Part shown: positions 46,321 to 55,569 of the stretch, piece by piece
Numbering within the stretch: position 1 is the stretch's first letter
Layout of the letters: each line of letters opens with the position of its first letter
Source: Candidatus Levyibacteriota bacterium
Lineage (GTDB): Bacteria > Patescibacteriota > Microgenomatia > Levybacterales > UBA12049
Assembly: GCA_963716145.1 (NCBI GenBank)
Contig: OY970292.1
Coordinates: 901,404-965,403, forward strand
DNA: 64,000 bases
Reading direction: 5' to 3'
The notes under the pieces: generated by a model
The model's database searches: none
Told to the model about the DNA's origin: nothing
Seen by the model: the letters and a program-made list of their open reading frames with translations, nothing else
Program-made: the position numbers and the translations under genes

Positions 46321-47595
46321 ATGTCAGATACATCAACACAGCAAGATCTTATACAGCTTGAAAAAAAGCTTCTTGAAAGGCAAGAAAAACTTGATAACAA
46401 GCAGGAAGAGTTAGAAAAGGAAAAGCAGCTTGTCGAGAAAAAAAGACGGGAATATATTGAAAGATTGGAAAAAGCCGCTAGCTTGACAAGGGATGAAGCC
46501 ACAAAAAAACTTCTTGAAGAAACGGAAAAAGACGCAAGCGCTTTGATGGCAAAAATCATAAAAGAAAAAGAAGAAGAAGCCAAAGCAACAGCTGATAAAA
46601 AAGCGCAGGAGATAGTTGTTGATAGTCTCAAGCATGGAGCTCTTAGTTTTGTTCCTGAATATACTGTTTCGGTTATCAGAGTTGAGGAAGAAGATATAAA
46701 GGGAAGAATTATCGGTAAAGAAGGACGCAATATCCGTGCGTTTGAACAAGCAACGGGAGTTGATGTTGATTTGGATGAAGAAGGAATTATCAGGCTTTCA
46801 AGTTTTGATCAGATTAGGCGTGAAGTCGCAAGGCGCTCTCTTGAAAAACTTCTTAAAGACACAAGAGTCCAGCCATTTAGAATTGAGGAGGTTGTAAAAC
46901 AAACCAAAGAGGAGCTTGAGAAGATTATGCTTGAAGAAGGGCAAAAACTGGCTCAAGAAGTTCAGATCTTTAATTTGCCTGTTGACCTGTATCCGCTTTT
47001 GGGAAGGATGAAATACAGAACATCATATGGACAAAATTTACTAGTTCATTCACTGGAAGTTGCAAAATTAGGAGTACATATTGCTCATGAGATCGGTGCA
47101 AATGTAGATATTGTCAGAATTGGTTGTCTTTTCCATGACATCGGAAAAATAATTGAAGGAGATGGTTCACACGTCAAATTGGGAGTTGATCTTTTGAAGA
47201 AATACAATTTCCCCGAACCTATTGTTAATGCCGTTTGGGAACATCATGAAGACAAGCCTTTTTCATCGGTTGAGTCTGTAATTGTTCACGTTGCCGACGC
47301 AATTTCCGCTTCACGCCCGGGAGCTCGATACGAAGATCTTCAGAAATATGGTCAGAGGCTTACTGAAATGGAGCAGATTGCCAAAAATTATGAGGGAGTT
47401 GAAGACGCGTATGCCTTTGAAGCAGGACGGGAATTAAGAGTTATCATAAATCCCGGTAAGCTGGATGATGACCAAACAATATTATTGTCAAGAAAAATTC
47501 AGGAAGAAGTAAGTAAATCTCAAGCCGTACCCGGCGAAGTCAAGGTAACGGCAATTCGTGAATTCCGCGCAGTCTTCCCTGAGACAACTGTATAA
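46321..47595 (+). CDS. rny: Ribonuclease Y (no N-terminal TM visible)
   Basis: Coiled coil; KGRIIGKEGRNIR KH domain; RTSYGQN; HDIGK; ADAISASRPGAR. Confidence 0.95.
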   Translation: MSDTSTQQDLIQLEKKLLERQEKLDNKQEELEKEKQLVEKKRREYIERLEKAASLTRDEATKKLLEETEKDASALMAKIIKEKEEEAKATADKKAQEIVVDSLKHGALSFVPEYTVSVIRVEEEDIKGRIIGKEGRNIRAFEQATGVDVDLDEEGIIRLSSFDQIRREVARRSLEKLLKDTRVQPFRIEEVVKQTKEELEKIMLEEGQKLAQEVQIFNLPVDLYPLLGRMKYRTSYGQNLLVHSLEVAKLGVHIAHEIGANVDIVRIGCLFHDIGKIIEGDGSHVKLGVDLLKKYNFPEPIVNAVWEHHEDKPFSSVESVIVHVADAISASRPGARYEDLQKYGQRLTEMEQIAKNYEGVEDAYAFEAGRELRVIINPGKLDDDQTILLSRKIQEEVSKSQAVPGEVKVTAIREFRAVFPETTV

Positions 47596-47604
47596 AAAAC
47601 TCTC

Positions 47605-47633
47605 TTGACAAGTCCCCATTTTCCTTGTATTGT
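47605..47633 (+). promoter_or_regulatory. sigma70 promoter for HU
   Basis: TTGACA-17-TATTGT with an extended TG. Confidence 0.6.
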
Positions 47634-47663
47634 TAATCTAAACCGAAAGGTGGGTGATTTATT

Positions 47664-47936
47664 TTGACAAAAAAAGAACTAATTGAAATTGTTGCTAAAA
47701 AAGCAAACCTTACCAATAAGGCCGCAAGAGACGCGGTGCAGACAATGCTCAATACAATCCGTGACTCTATGAAACGGGGAGAAAAAGTAGTTCTCACAGG
47801 ATTTGGAACATTTAGTATTCGCTCCCGTCAGCAAAGAGTGGGGAGAAATCCCAAAACCGGCGCTGCCATGACCCTTGCTGCCCGCAAAGCACCAGGATTT
47901 ACTGCCGGAAAAACTTTAAAAAAGGCAGTGCGATAG
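47664..47936 (+). CDS. hup: HU DNA-binding protein (TTG start)
   Basis: KKELIE, GEKVVLTGFGTF, GRNPKTG, PGFTAGKTLK. Confidence 0.95.
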   Translation: MTKKELIEIVAKKANLTNKAARDAVQTMLNTIRDSMKRGEKVVLTGFGTFSIRSRQQRVGRNPKTGAAMTLAARKAPGFTAGKTLKKAVR

Positions 47937-47953
47937 CATTAATGTAAATTTAC

Positions 47954-47988
47954 AAAGAAGTTTCCTTTAAAATAGGAAGCTTCTTTTT
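47954..47988 (+). terminator. Intrinsic terminator after HU
   Basis: AAAGAAGTTTCCT-ttaaaat-AGGAAGCTTCTTTTT. Confidence 0.75.
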
Positions 47989-48002
47989 GGTATACTTAAC
48001 AC

Positions 48003-48980
48003 ATGATCATTAATGTTGAAAATTTAACTAAATATTACCGTGTTCACCAAAAAGAGCCGGGGCTCTCCGGTTCACTTAAATCCCTTTTTAACCGTAAATA
48101 CTATGATGCCAAGGCAGTTGATGATATTTCATTCTCTATAGAAGAAGGAGAGCTGATTGGGTTTATCGGTCCAAATGGTGCCGGAAAAACAACTACGCTA
48201 AAATGTTTGTCCGGATTACTCTATCCTACAAGTGGCAAAGTTGAAGTATTGGGATACACTCCGTTTGAGCGTAAGCATCCGTTTCTCAAGCAAATCTCAC
48301 TTGTGATGGGCCAAAAAAATCAACTTTGGTGGGACCTTCCGGCAATTGATTCATTTCTCCTTAACAAAGAAATCTATGAAATAACAGACACAGTCTACAA
48401 AAAAACTCTTGATGAATTGGTTGAGCTTTTAGATGTTCAGGATATTTTACAAGTTCAGGTCCGGAAATTATCTCTGGGACAAAGAATGAAATGTGAACTG
48501 ATTGCAGCGCTAATACACAATCCTAAAATTCTTTTTCTTGACGAGCCGACAATTGGTTTGGACGTGGTGATGCAGCAGAAACTGCGTGATTTTATAAAAC
48601 AATATAATAAGCGTTACAATGCGACAATTCTTTTAACTTCTCACTATATGAAAGATGTTGAGCAGCTTTGTGAACGGGTGATCATCATAGATCATGGAAA
48701 AATTCTTTATGATGGAAAGCTTGAGGATATTGTCAAAAAATATGTTAAGAATAAGACTCTTAGTATTATTTTCGCAAAACCTGTGGAGGAAGAAAAACTG
48801 GAAAAGCTTGGTAAAGTTTTGGAAATTGACGGACCCAAGGTCATACTTTCAGTACCACGGGAAAAATCAAATCACGTTGCGGGGAAACTCCTTGAGAATT
48901 TTTCAGTTGAGGATCTAAATATCGAAGAAGCAAATATAGAAGAAATAATACGGGATGTGTTTTCAAAACACAAAAGTTAA
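48003..48980 (+). CDS. ABC transporter ATP-binding protein (viologen/ABC-2 exporter type)
   Basis: GPNGAGKTT, LSLGQRM, LFLDEPT. Confidence 0.93.
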   Translation: MIINVENLTKYYRVHQKEPGLSGSLKSLFNRKYYDAKAVDDISFSIEEGELIGFIGPNGAGKTTTLKCLSGLLYPTSGKVEVLGYTPFERKHPFLKQISLVMGQKNQLWWDLPAIDSFLLNKEIYEITDTVYKKTLDELVELLDVQDILQVQVRKLSLGQRMKCELIAALIHNPKILFLDEPTIGLDVVMQQKLRDFIKQYNKRYNATILLTSHYMKDVEQLCERVIIIDHGKILYDGKLEDIVKKYVKNKTLSIIFAKPVEEEKLEKLGKVLEIDGPKVILSVPREKSNHVAGKLLENFSVEDLNIEEANIEEIIRDVFSKHKS

Positions 48981-48982
48981 CT

Positions 48983-49777
48983 ATGCGCTATGTCAGAATA
49001 TTTTTATTACATTTTCAAGATCTTCTAGCTCACAGAAGCCGCTCAATTGTTTACGTTTTTACCTATGTTTTCAATGCCTTGCTTTTTTTAGCTCTTATAA
49101 GAGGAGTATTCGCAAATCATAATTCTATTGGCGGCTGGACGTTGTCAACAGTGACAAGTTACTATTTTTTATTGATTCTGGCCCCGGCTTTTTTAATGAC
49201 ACATCCTGAAACAGCAATCCTTAGGGATGACATCGAAAAGGGTGAGTTGGCGAGCCGGCTTCTGAAACCGTTTCCTTATTACTGGCAAAGATTTTATCGC
49301 GAAATTCCTTATCGAATATTCCAAGGAGTACTCGCGATATTTATTTATCTTACATTATCAATTGTGTTTGGAAATTTTTTAAAGGTAAATTTGTCACTGG
49401 TGCAAATAGTATTAATTACAATAATTCTTATTTTAGCCTACATGATTTCATTTACGTTTAAAATGATTATCGCTATTATTGCACTTTGGACTACAGATCT
49501 TAGGGGAATTCAGGAATTTGTCGAAGTGATAATACTAATTTTCTCAGGTTTTATAATGCCGGTTAATTTATTACCGCATATACTAGAAAAAATTGCTTAT
49601 TTTTTACCTTTTTCCTATATGATATATTTCCCAGTTATCGCCATACAAGGAAAGTTAACTATTAATGCAATACTATCAATAGCTGGAGTCCAGATAATCT
49701 GGCTCACAGTATTGGTATTTATATTTCGTTATCAGTGGAGACGAGGACTCATAAACTTTACGGATTTGGGTCATTAG
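48983..49777 (+). CDS. ABC-2 family permease (DUF990-like), type A copy 1
   Basis: IEKGELASRLLKP; FSGFIMP; LPFSYMIYFP; 6 TMs. Confidence 0.85.
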   Translation: MRYVRIFLLHFQDLLAHRSRSIVYVFTYVFNALLFLALIRGVFANHNSIGGWTLSTVTSYYFLLILAPAFLMTHPETAILRDDIEKGELASRLLKPFPYYWQRFYREIPYRIFQGVLAIFIYLTLSIVFGNFLKVNLSLVQIVLITIILILAYMISFTFKMIIAIIALWTTDLRGIQEFVEVIILIFSGFIMPVNLLPHILEKIAYFLPFSYMIYFPVIAIQGKLTINAILSIAGVQIIWLTVLVFIFRYQWRRGLINFTDLGH

Positions 49778-49781
49778 TAAC

Positions 49782-50573
49782 ATGAAAAAATATTTCAACA
49801 TTTACATTACCTTGCTTCGTCTTAATTACCACAGAGCTTTATCTCAAAGAGCGGATTTTTTTGCTGGACTTTTTGGGAGTATTTCATGGGCTATTTTTTC
49901 AGTTGTCGCGATTTATATATTGAGCGCAAGAGCCTCGTCTGTTTACGGATGGAATAGGCAGGAGCTGTTTATTCTCATAGGAGTATTTAATATATTGGTT
50001 GGAGGGATTTTCAGAACATTATTTGCCCGCAATTTCAATAATTTTCCACAGTTAATGCGCTATGGAGAGCTAGATAGTTTTCTACTCAAACCGATAGATA
50101 CACAGTTTGCTATCAGCACACAACGAGTGAGCTTGCATGGTGGTCCAAGAATATTTATCTCAATCTTGTTTACTTTTTTTGTGCTTTTTCAAGCTCATTT
50201 ATCAATCACTTTTTCTAGCATTTTAGCATTTTCCATTCTTGCAGTTTTTGGCTTGATTGCTATGTATGCTTTTTGGTTTTTAGTTTTGACCTTGACAGTT
50301 TGGCTTCCTGATGTATATAATCTCGAAGAAATTCTCTATTCAACAGATAGTCTCACGCGTTATCCTCCGCAAATTCTTCCTGCAATGAAAATTCTCTTAT
50401 TTTATGTTTTTTTCCCTTTTACACTTGTTGTAAGCACGCCAACAAAAGCGCTTTTAAATAAGTTAAATACCATAGATGTAATTGTACTAATCGGTGTGGC
50501 TTTTGGCCTTTTATTTTTATCGAGAAAGTTTTGGAAATTCGCGCTTCGCTATTATACAAGTGCGAGTGGATAA
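49782..50573 (+). CDS. ABC-2 family permease, type B copy 1
   Basis: YGWNRQE; GELDSFLLKPID; RYP; FWKFALRYYTSASG. Confidence 0.85.
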   Translation: MKKYFNIYITLLRLNYHRALSQRADFFAGLFGSISWAIFSVVAIYILSARASSVYGWNRQELFILIGVFNILVGGIFRTLFARNFNNFPQLMRYGELDSFLLKPIDTQFAISTQRVSLHGGPRIFISILFTFFVLFQAHLSITFSSILAFSILAVFGLIAMYAFWFLVLTLTVWLPDVYNLEEILYSTDSLTRYPPQILPAMKILLFYVFFPFTLVVSTPTKALLNKLNTIDVIVLIGVAFGLLFLSRKFWKFALRYYTSASG

Positions 50574-50574
50574 T

Positions 50575-51369
50575 ATGAAAAAATATTTTAAAGTTATCAG
50601 TAGCACATTTGATGAAATTGCGACATATAGATTTAATTTCATGATGTGGAGACTCCGTATAGTCTTACAACTTCTGACAATATATTTTTTGTGGTTAACA
50701 GTAACACCCGCAAGCGGACAGCTTTTTGGATACTCACGCTCACTTATTCTTACTTACGTTCTGGGAGCCTCACTTTTAACTAGTATTGTAATATCCACTC
50801 GGACGCAGGAGATAGGCGAGAACATAAATAGCGGAGATTTATCGCATTTTTTATCAAAACCGTGGAGCTATTTTGGATATTGGTTTGCGCGTGACATAGG
50901 GGACAAAGCATTTAATATTTTTTTTGCTGTAATTGAATTAACGATATTATTTTTTATTCTAAAACCTACGTTGTTATTGCAGACCGATTTGAGTATCCTG
51001 TTATTAAGTATTATTGCAATATTTTTTGCTGTGCTAATTAATTTCTTCATAGGTTGTTTGTTGGGGATGATTGGTTTTTGGAGTCCTGAGGTTTGGGCCC
51101 CGAGGTTTATTTTCTTTATTTTAATTGGATTTTTTGCGGGCAGTGCATTTCCCCTGGATATATTTCCAGGTTGGGCGCAAAACATTTTTCAATTTTCTCC
51201 ATTCACTTACCTTATATATTTTCCGTTAAAAATCTACTTGAATAAATTCACAAGCGATCAAATTATAACCGGTTTTATAATTGCTTCCATATGGCTGATA
51301 TTATTATTTCTTGCGACTAAATTTGTGTGGAGTAAGGGACTAAAAATATACAGTAGTCAAGGGAATTAA
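50575..51369 (+). CDS. ABC-2 family permease, type A copy 2
   Basis: INSGDLSHFLSKP; FAGSAFPL; PFTYLIYFP; WSKGLKIYSSQG. Confidence 0.85.
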   Translation: MKKYFKVISSTFDEIATYRFNFMMWRLRIVLQLLTIYFLWLTVTPASGQLFGYSRSLILTYVLGASLLTSIVISTRTQEIGENINSGDLSHFLSKPWSYFGYWFARDIGDKAFNIFFAVIELTILFFILKPTLLLQTDLSILLLSIIAIFFAVLINFFIGCLLGMIGFWSPEVWAPRFIFFILIGFFAGSAFPLDIFPGWAQNIFQFSPFTYLIYFPLKIYLNKFTSDQIITGFIIASIWLILLFLATKFVWSKGLKIYSSQGN

Positions 51370-51370
51370 T

Positions 51371-52156
51371 ATGATAAGAAAATATATAAAAATTTGGTGG
51401 GTGCTTACGCTGGCGACATCGCAAATTTCTTTTCAATCACGTTTTGGCGCTGTTTTATTTTTGATTGGAAAAATTTTGCGCTTCTCTTTTTTCCTATTCT
51501 TCTTAGTTGTTTTAGTCACCAAAACAAAAGCAATTGCGGGATATACGCTTTGGGAAATTGTTTTCTTCTACGCAACATTTAATTTACTTGATGCTCTGCC
51601 TCAGTTTTTTTTCAGAAATGTTTATAGATTCAGACAGCAAGTGCTAAACGGGTATTTCGATAACTTGCTAATAAAACCTTTACCATCTCTTTTCCATCCA
51701 TTATTCGGAGGATCCGATGTGCTCGATTTATTTATTCTAATTGCGTCTATATTTTTTATTGTATTTGCCGGAATACGGATTGGAAACATAACATTTTTTA
51801 ATACTATGGCTTATTTAATTTTGCTCACCAACGGATTTTTGATTGCCACTGGATTTCACATTTTTGTTTTGGGAAGTGGAATTTTGACAACAGCTGTTGA
51901 TAACACTGTTATGTTGTATCGAGATTTGACTCAGATGGGGCGTCTTCCAATTGAGGTTTACCAAGAGCCGCTTCGTGGAATTATTACCTTTGTCGTGCCG
52001 GTTGGAATTATGATGTCTTTTCCGCCCAAAGTTTTTTTGGGGTCATTATCTTGGCAAGGGATAGGCATCGCATTATTAGTTGGGGCGGGAGCTCTAATGT
52101 TCAGCATAAGATTTTGGAAATATGCACTAAAACACTATACCAGCGCGAGTAGTTAA
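51371..52156 (+). CDS. ABC-2 family permease, type B copy 2
   Basis: AGYTLWE; GYFDNLLIKP; RLP; FWKYALKHYTSASS. Confidence 0.85.
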   Translation: MIRKYIKIWWVLTLATSQISFQSRFGAVLFLIGKILRFSFFLFFLVVLVTKTKAIAGYTLWEIVFFYATFNLLDALPQFFFRNVYRFRQQVLNGYFDNLLIKPLPSLFHPLFGGSDVLDLFILIASIFFIVFAGIRIGNITFFNTMAYLILLTNGFLIATGFHIFVLGSGILTTAVDNTVMLYRDLTQMGRLPIEVYQEPLRGIITFVVPVGIMMSFPPKVFLGSLSWQGIGIALLVGAGALMFSIRFWKYALKHYTSASS

Positions 52157-52200
52157 AATTATTGTTTTTCGTTGAGTTTTGGGGTAAAATATGCCTTGAT

Positions 52201-52551
52201 CCCAGGAAGAAGGATCGCTACCCCGGGAAACCGGGGAGGAAAGTCCAGACAGGTGTAAAGCCGGGGACGGAGTTTACGCTCCGACTAGCAATAGCTGGTG
52301 ACTTAATACTTTACTCACATGCGGTATTAAGTACAAATTCTGAATTGTCAGAATTTGAGAGTAGCAGAAACGAGTGAGTCTGAAACGGATAATCCCACCT
52401 GCTGCAACCTCCGAATTGGTACGTTTGAGGCGCTTTACCCGAGTACCTAAAGTTTGAGGGCACCTCGCCGAATAGGCGGGCAAGATGAGTCAAAATCATC
52501 ATGAGATAAATTGCGATTGGAAAACAGAATCTGGCTTACTCTCTTCCTGGG
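52201..52551 (+). ncRNA. rnpB: RNase P RNA
   Basis: P1 CCCAGGAAGA/TCTTCCTGGG; GAGGAAAGTCCAGA (52236) with AACAGAATCTGGCTTA (compensatory P4); P5 CAGGTG/CACCTG; P6 TAAAGC/GCTTTA. Confidence 0.92.
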
Positions 52552-52552
52552 G

Positions 52553-53371
52553 TTATTTTTTTGCTTTTTCCGTGGCTTCTATTCGTTTTCCTTCTTCAAC
52601 ATATTGTTCTGAAATTTCCCAAAATTTCCAGAAGATTTGTTTGTACATTTCAACGAATGGAGAATTTATTATCTCAACTCCAACCTTATTACCATCTCCC
52701 CAACTTAAAATTGAAATAGTGTTATTAAATATTACCTGATACTGTTGAATATTTAATACTTTTGGCGGGATATATCTGGATTTATAATAGTTTCCCCAAT
52801 CAGGAACACTTGTGTACCAGTAATCTCCCTGATCTGTTGCGTTTTCTATTTCTATTTTTGTAATTTTCCTTAGGACCTGTTCATATCTGATTGTTTCCGC
52901 AAAATTTTTACCCGCGATATTGTTTCTATTTTCATATCCGAAAACCAGCAGTTCTTTTTTGGCCGCCAAATGATTCCAGAGCATTTGCTTTAGCCCATCT
53001 GTGCCACGATAGTGTTTAATCTCAATATTTTTTTGCTGGGCTGAGGGCATGCTGGTCAGTTCTCTTAAGATGTCCGGAAGATTTTCTTTCTGCAGTTTAA
53101 TTTCCTGTTCCTTTTCATGGATGACCAATTCAAGATTTTGTGGATGAGATGCTTTGAGTTTCATGCCCCGCTCTGCGTTACTTAACTCAATTAATTTATC
53201 CGCAATCAATTTATCTATATGGCGGTAAATTTTGGATCTATTAATATTTGTGTCTCTTGAAAGTTCAAGAGGCGTTTGAGGACCTTTATCCAATAAATGA
53301 AGGTAAATCTTTGCTTCTGATTCATCAAGTCCAAAGTTGGCAAGTTGCGAGATTATTATTTGTTTGTTCAT
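52553..53371 (-). CDS. TrmB-family transcriptional regulator
   Basis: LANFGLDESEAKIYLHLL..GP.TPLELSR.TNINRSKIY wHTH plus C-terminal effector domain. Confidence 0.85.
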   Translation of the reverse strand: MNKQIIISQLANFGLDESEAKIYLHLLDKGPQTPLELSRDTNINRSKIYRHIDKLIADKLIELSNAERGMKLKASHPQNLELVIHEKEQEIKLQKENLPDILRELTSMPSAQQKNIEIKHYRGTDGLKQMLWNHLAAKKELLVFGYENRNNIAGKNFAETIRYEQVLRKITKIEIENATDQGDYWYTSVPDWGNYYKSRYIPPKVLNIQQYQVIFNNTISILSWGDGNKVGVEIINSPFVEMYKQIFWKFWEISEQYVEEGKRIEATEKAKK

Positions 53372-53470
53372 ATAAACAATCAACAATTTTACAACTCATT
53401 ATAGCCTATATATAATCCTAAGTCAAGCAATGCATATATGTTTATCAATACGAACAATTAAATATTAAAT

Positions 53471-54424
53471 ATGAATAAATTTAAAAAAATCTTAATGCTG
53501 GGATATACAAAAGATGATTTGGGAGAAATTGAATGGAAGCGGTTAAAACTGCTTTCAGAGTCAGTAATTATATTGCCTAAAGACAGTTTGGAAATAGATG
53601 CAAATTTAGCTGATTGCGATTGTTTATTGGTTAAATTGGGGGCGACCGTAGATAAGCAAATTATAGATGCTGCGCCAAAATTAAAATATATTGGAATGTT
53701 GGGGACAGGTTATGGGAGGGTTAATGCAGTATACGGAGCAAAAAAAGGAATTACAGTATGTAATATTGCCGGATATAGCAGGGAAGGAGTTGCGGAGCTG
53801 GTTTTTGGAATTCTGATTGAGAATCTGCGCGAAATTGGAAGAGCAAAATCTCAAGCAGCCAATGGTGATTATTCAGAAGAAACCTACGTCGGCACGGAAA
53901 TAAAAAACAAAATATTTGGCATAATAGGACTCGGAAGTATTGGAGGAAGAATTGCCGAAATTGCCAAAAACGGATTTGGGGCAAATGTATGTTATTGGTC
54001 AAAGCATAGAAAAAAAGATGCTGAAAAAGCCGGAGTAAAGTTTGAAAATATTAATAGGCTCTTAGAAACTAGTGATTTTTTATCATTAAATTTATCCTAT
54101 GTTCCCCAAACGAAAGGATTTTTTGATAAACAAAAAATAGAATTAATTAAATCTGATGCAATAGTCCTCAACTTATCTCCGATGGAATTAGTTGATATAC
54201 CGGCTCTTCAGAATAGATTAGAAAAAGGCGATATTACTTTTATACTTGATCATTCAGACGAACTAAGTCCTCAACAGGTAAAGCAACTTAGCAAATACAA
54301 AAAATGCATCATGTACCCAGCAATTGGTTATGTGACAAACGAAGCAACTACAGCAAAGAAGGTTATGTTTATTGATAATATTGAAAACTTTCTCAAGGGA
54401 AGACCCTCAAATAAAGTCAATTAA
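53471..54424 (+). CDS. D-2-hydroxyacid dehydrogenase-fold protein with substituted catalytic residues
   Basis: LKYIGMLGTGY, GITVCN, GIIGLGSIG; NLSPM and YPAIG replace the NxxRG and TPH motifs. Confidence 0.8.
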   Translation: MNKFKKILMLGYTKDDLGEIEWKRLKLLSESVIILPKDSLEIDANLADCDCLLVKLGATVDKQIIDAAPKLKYIGMLGTGYGRVNAVYGAKKGITVCNIAGYSREGVAELVFGILIENLREIGRAKSQAANGDYSEETYVGTEIKNKIFGIIGLGSIGGRIAEIAKNGFGANVCYWSKHRKKDAEKAGVKFENINRLLETSDFLSLNLSYVPQTKGFFDKQKIELIKSDAIVLNLSPMELVDIPALQNRLEKGDITFILDHSDELSPQQVKQLSKYKKCIMYPAIGYVTNEATTAKKVMFIDNIENFLKGRPSNKVN

Positions 54425-54429
54425 AATTT

Positions 54430-55569
54430 ATGAAAAATACCGCAGATGTAGTTATTATCGGAGCCGGAATAATTGGCCCAAGCACTTCATATTATCTGGC
54501 TAAAAATGGAGTTAAAAACGTAGTTATATTAGATACGTATTCGGCAGGTGGTATGGCTACGAATGCGTCAGCAGCCATGATCATGCACCAGACAGGAGTC
54601 GAAGAAACTACTAAGCTTGCAAAATTATCCATCAACAAATATAAAAATTTTAAAGAGGAAGTTGGTGCGGATATAGAATTTAAGAGAAATGGAAGCATTA
54701 TTTATTCAACGACAAATTTAGGAAAAGATCTTCTGCAAAAGCAGGCAGTAATGCAGAATAGATGTGATGTATTAACAAAGATTATAGACAGCTCATTTAT
54801 CGAAAAGAAGAGTAAAGGCTTAATAAGCGGAAATGGTTTAAAATCCGGTATATACGCACCGGAAGATGCATATATTAACGCAAGTTTTGCAGTTAATGCT
54901 TATCTAAGTCGGGCAAAAGAGAAAGGTTTGAGAATTCAGGAACAAACGAAGGTTACTAAAATTGTTATAGATAAAAATAAAGTTAGTGCTGTTGAAACAG
55001 AAAAAGGTGAAAGAATATATACTGACACAGTAATAAATTGCGCAGGGGTTTATGCAGAAGACATAGCAAGTACGATTGGTATTAAAATACCTATTAAGGC
55101 AAGCAAAAAGTGCTTGGGAATCATAAAAAATGCTGAATATAAATATTTTCCAATAATGGAAGATTATGATTCGGGGTGGTATTTTAGACCGCACAGTAAG
55201 GGAATTTTGGTTGGGTTTGGAATGGGTAAATGGATTGAAGATGATCATAGAGAAGAGTTTCCCAAATTTGAATTACAAAAAATGAAGGAACTAAGAAGTT
55301 ATCTTAAACATCTAGCTCCCCAACTTATGCCAGCAGAGCTTTTATCGGGATGGGCTGGATATAGGCCGATGATTGATCCTCAATATAAAGATGCGTTGCC
55401 AATAATCGGAGCAGTTGACGGGATAAAAGGGTATTTTAATAATTGTGGTTATGGGGAGTTTGGTATAACTCTTGCACCAATTGGCGGAGAGCTAATTTCA
55501 CAAATAATTATGAACCAGCCTAATTCTGTGGATATTAAACCCTTTCTATTATCCAGGTTTAATAATTAA
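54430..55569 (+). CDS. FAD-dependent oxidoreductase (DAO / sarcosine oxidase beta-like)
   Basis: VVIIGAGIIG, INCAG, WAGYRP, PIIG, GYGEFGITLAP. Confidence 0.88.
   Translation: MKNTADVVIIGAGIIGPSTSYYLAKNGVKNVVILDTYSAGGMATNASAAMIMHQTGVEETTKLAKLSINKYKNFKEEVGADIEFKRNGSIIYSTTNLGKDLLQKQAVMQNRCDVLTKIIDSSFIEKKSKGLISGNGLKSGIYAPEDAYINASFAVNAYLSRAKEKGLRIQEQTKVTKIVIDKNKVSAVETEKGERIYTDTVINCAGVYAEDIASTIGIKIPIKASKKCLGIIKNAEYKYFPIMEDYDSGWYFRPHSKGILVGFGMGKWIEDDHREEFPKFELQKMKELRSYLKHLAPQLMPAELLSGWAGYRPMIDPQYKDALPIIGAVDGIKGYFNNCGYGEFGITLAPIGGELISQIIMNQPNSVDIKPFLLSRFNN

Noticed and set aside
46146-46730. Long antisense ORFs (also 3250-3906, 33668-34084, 7924-8331)
   Set aside because: Shadows of well-supported genes on the other strand, with no recognisable motifs.
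52162-52739. Short ORFs 52162-52377, 52274-52483, 52311-52502 and 52485-52739
   Set aside because: They overlap RNase P RNA or lie antisense to the TrmB gene.
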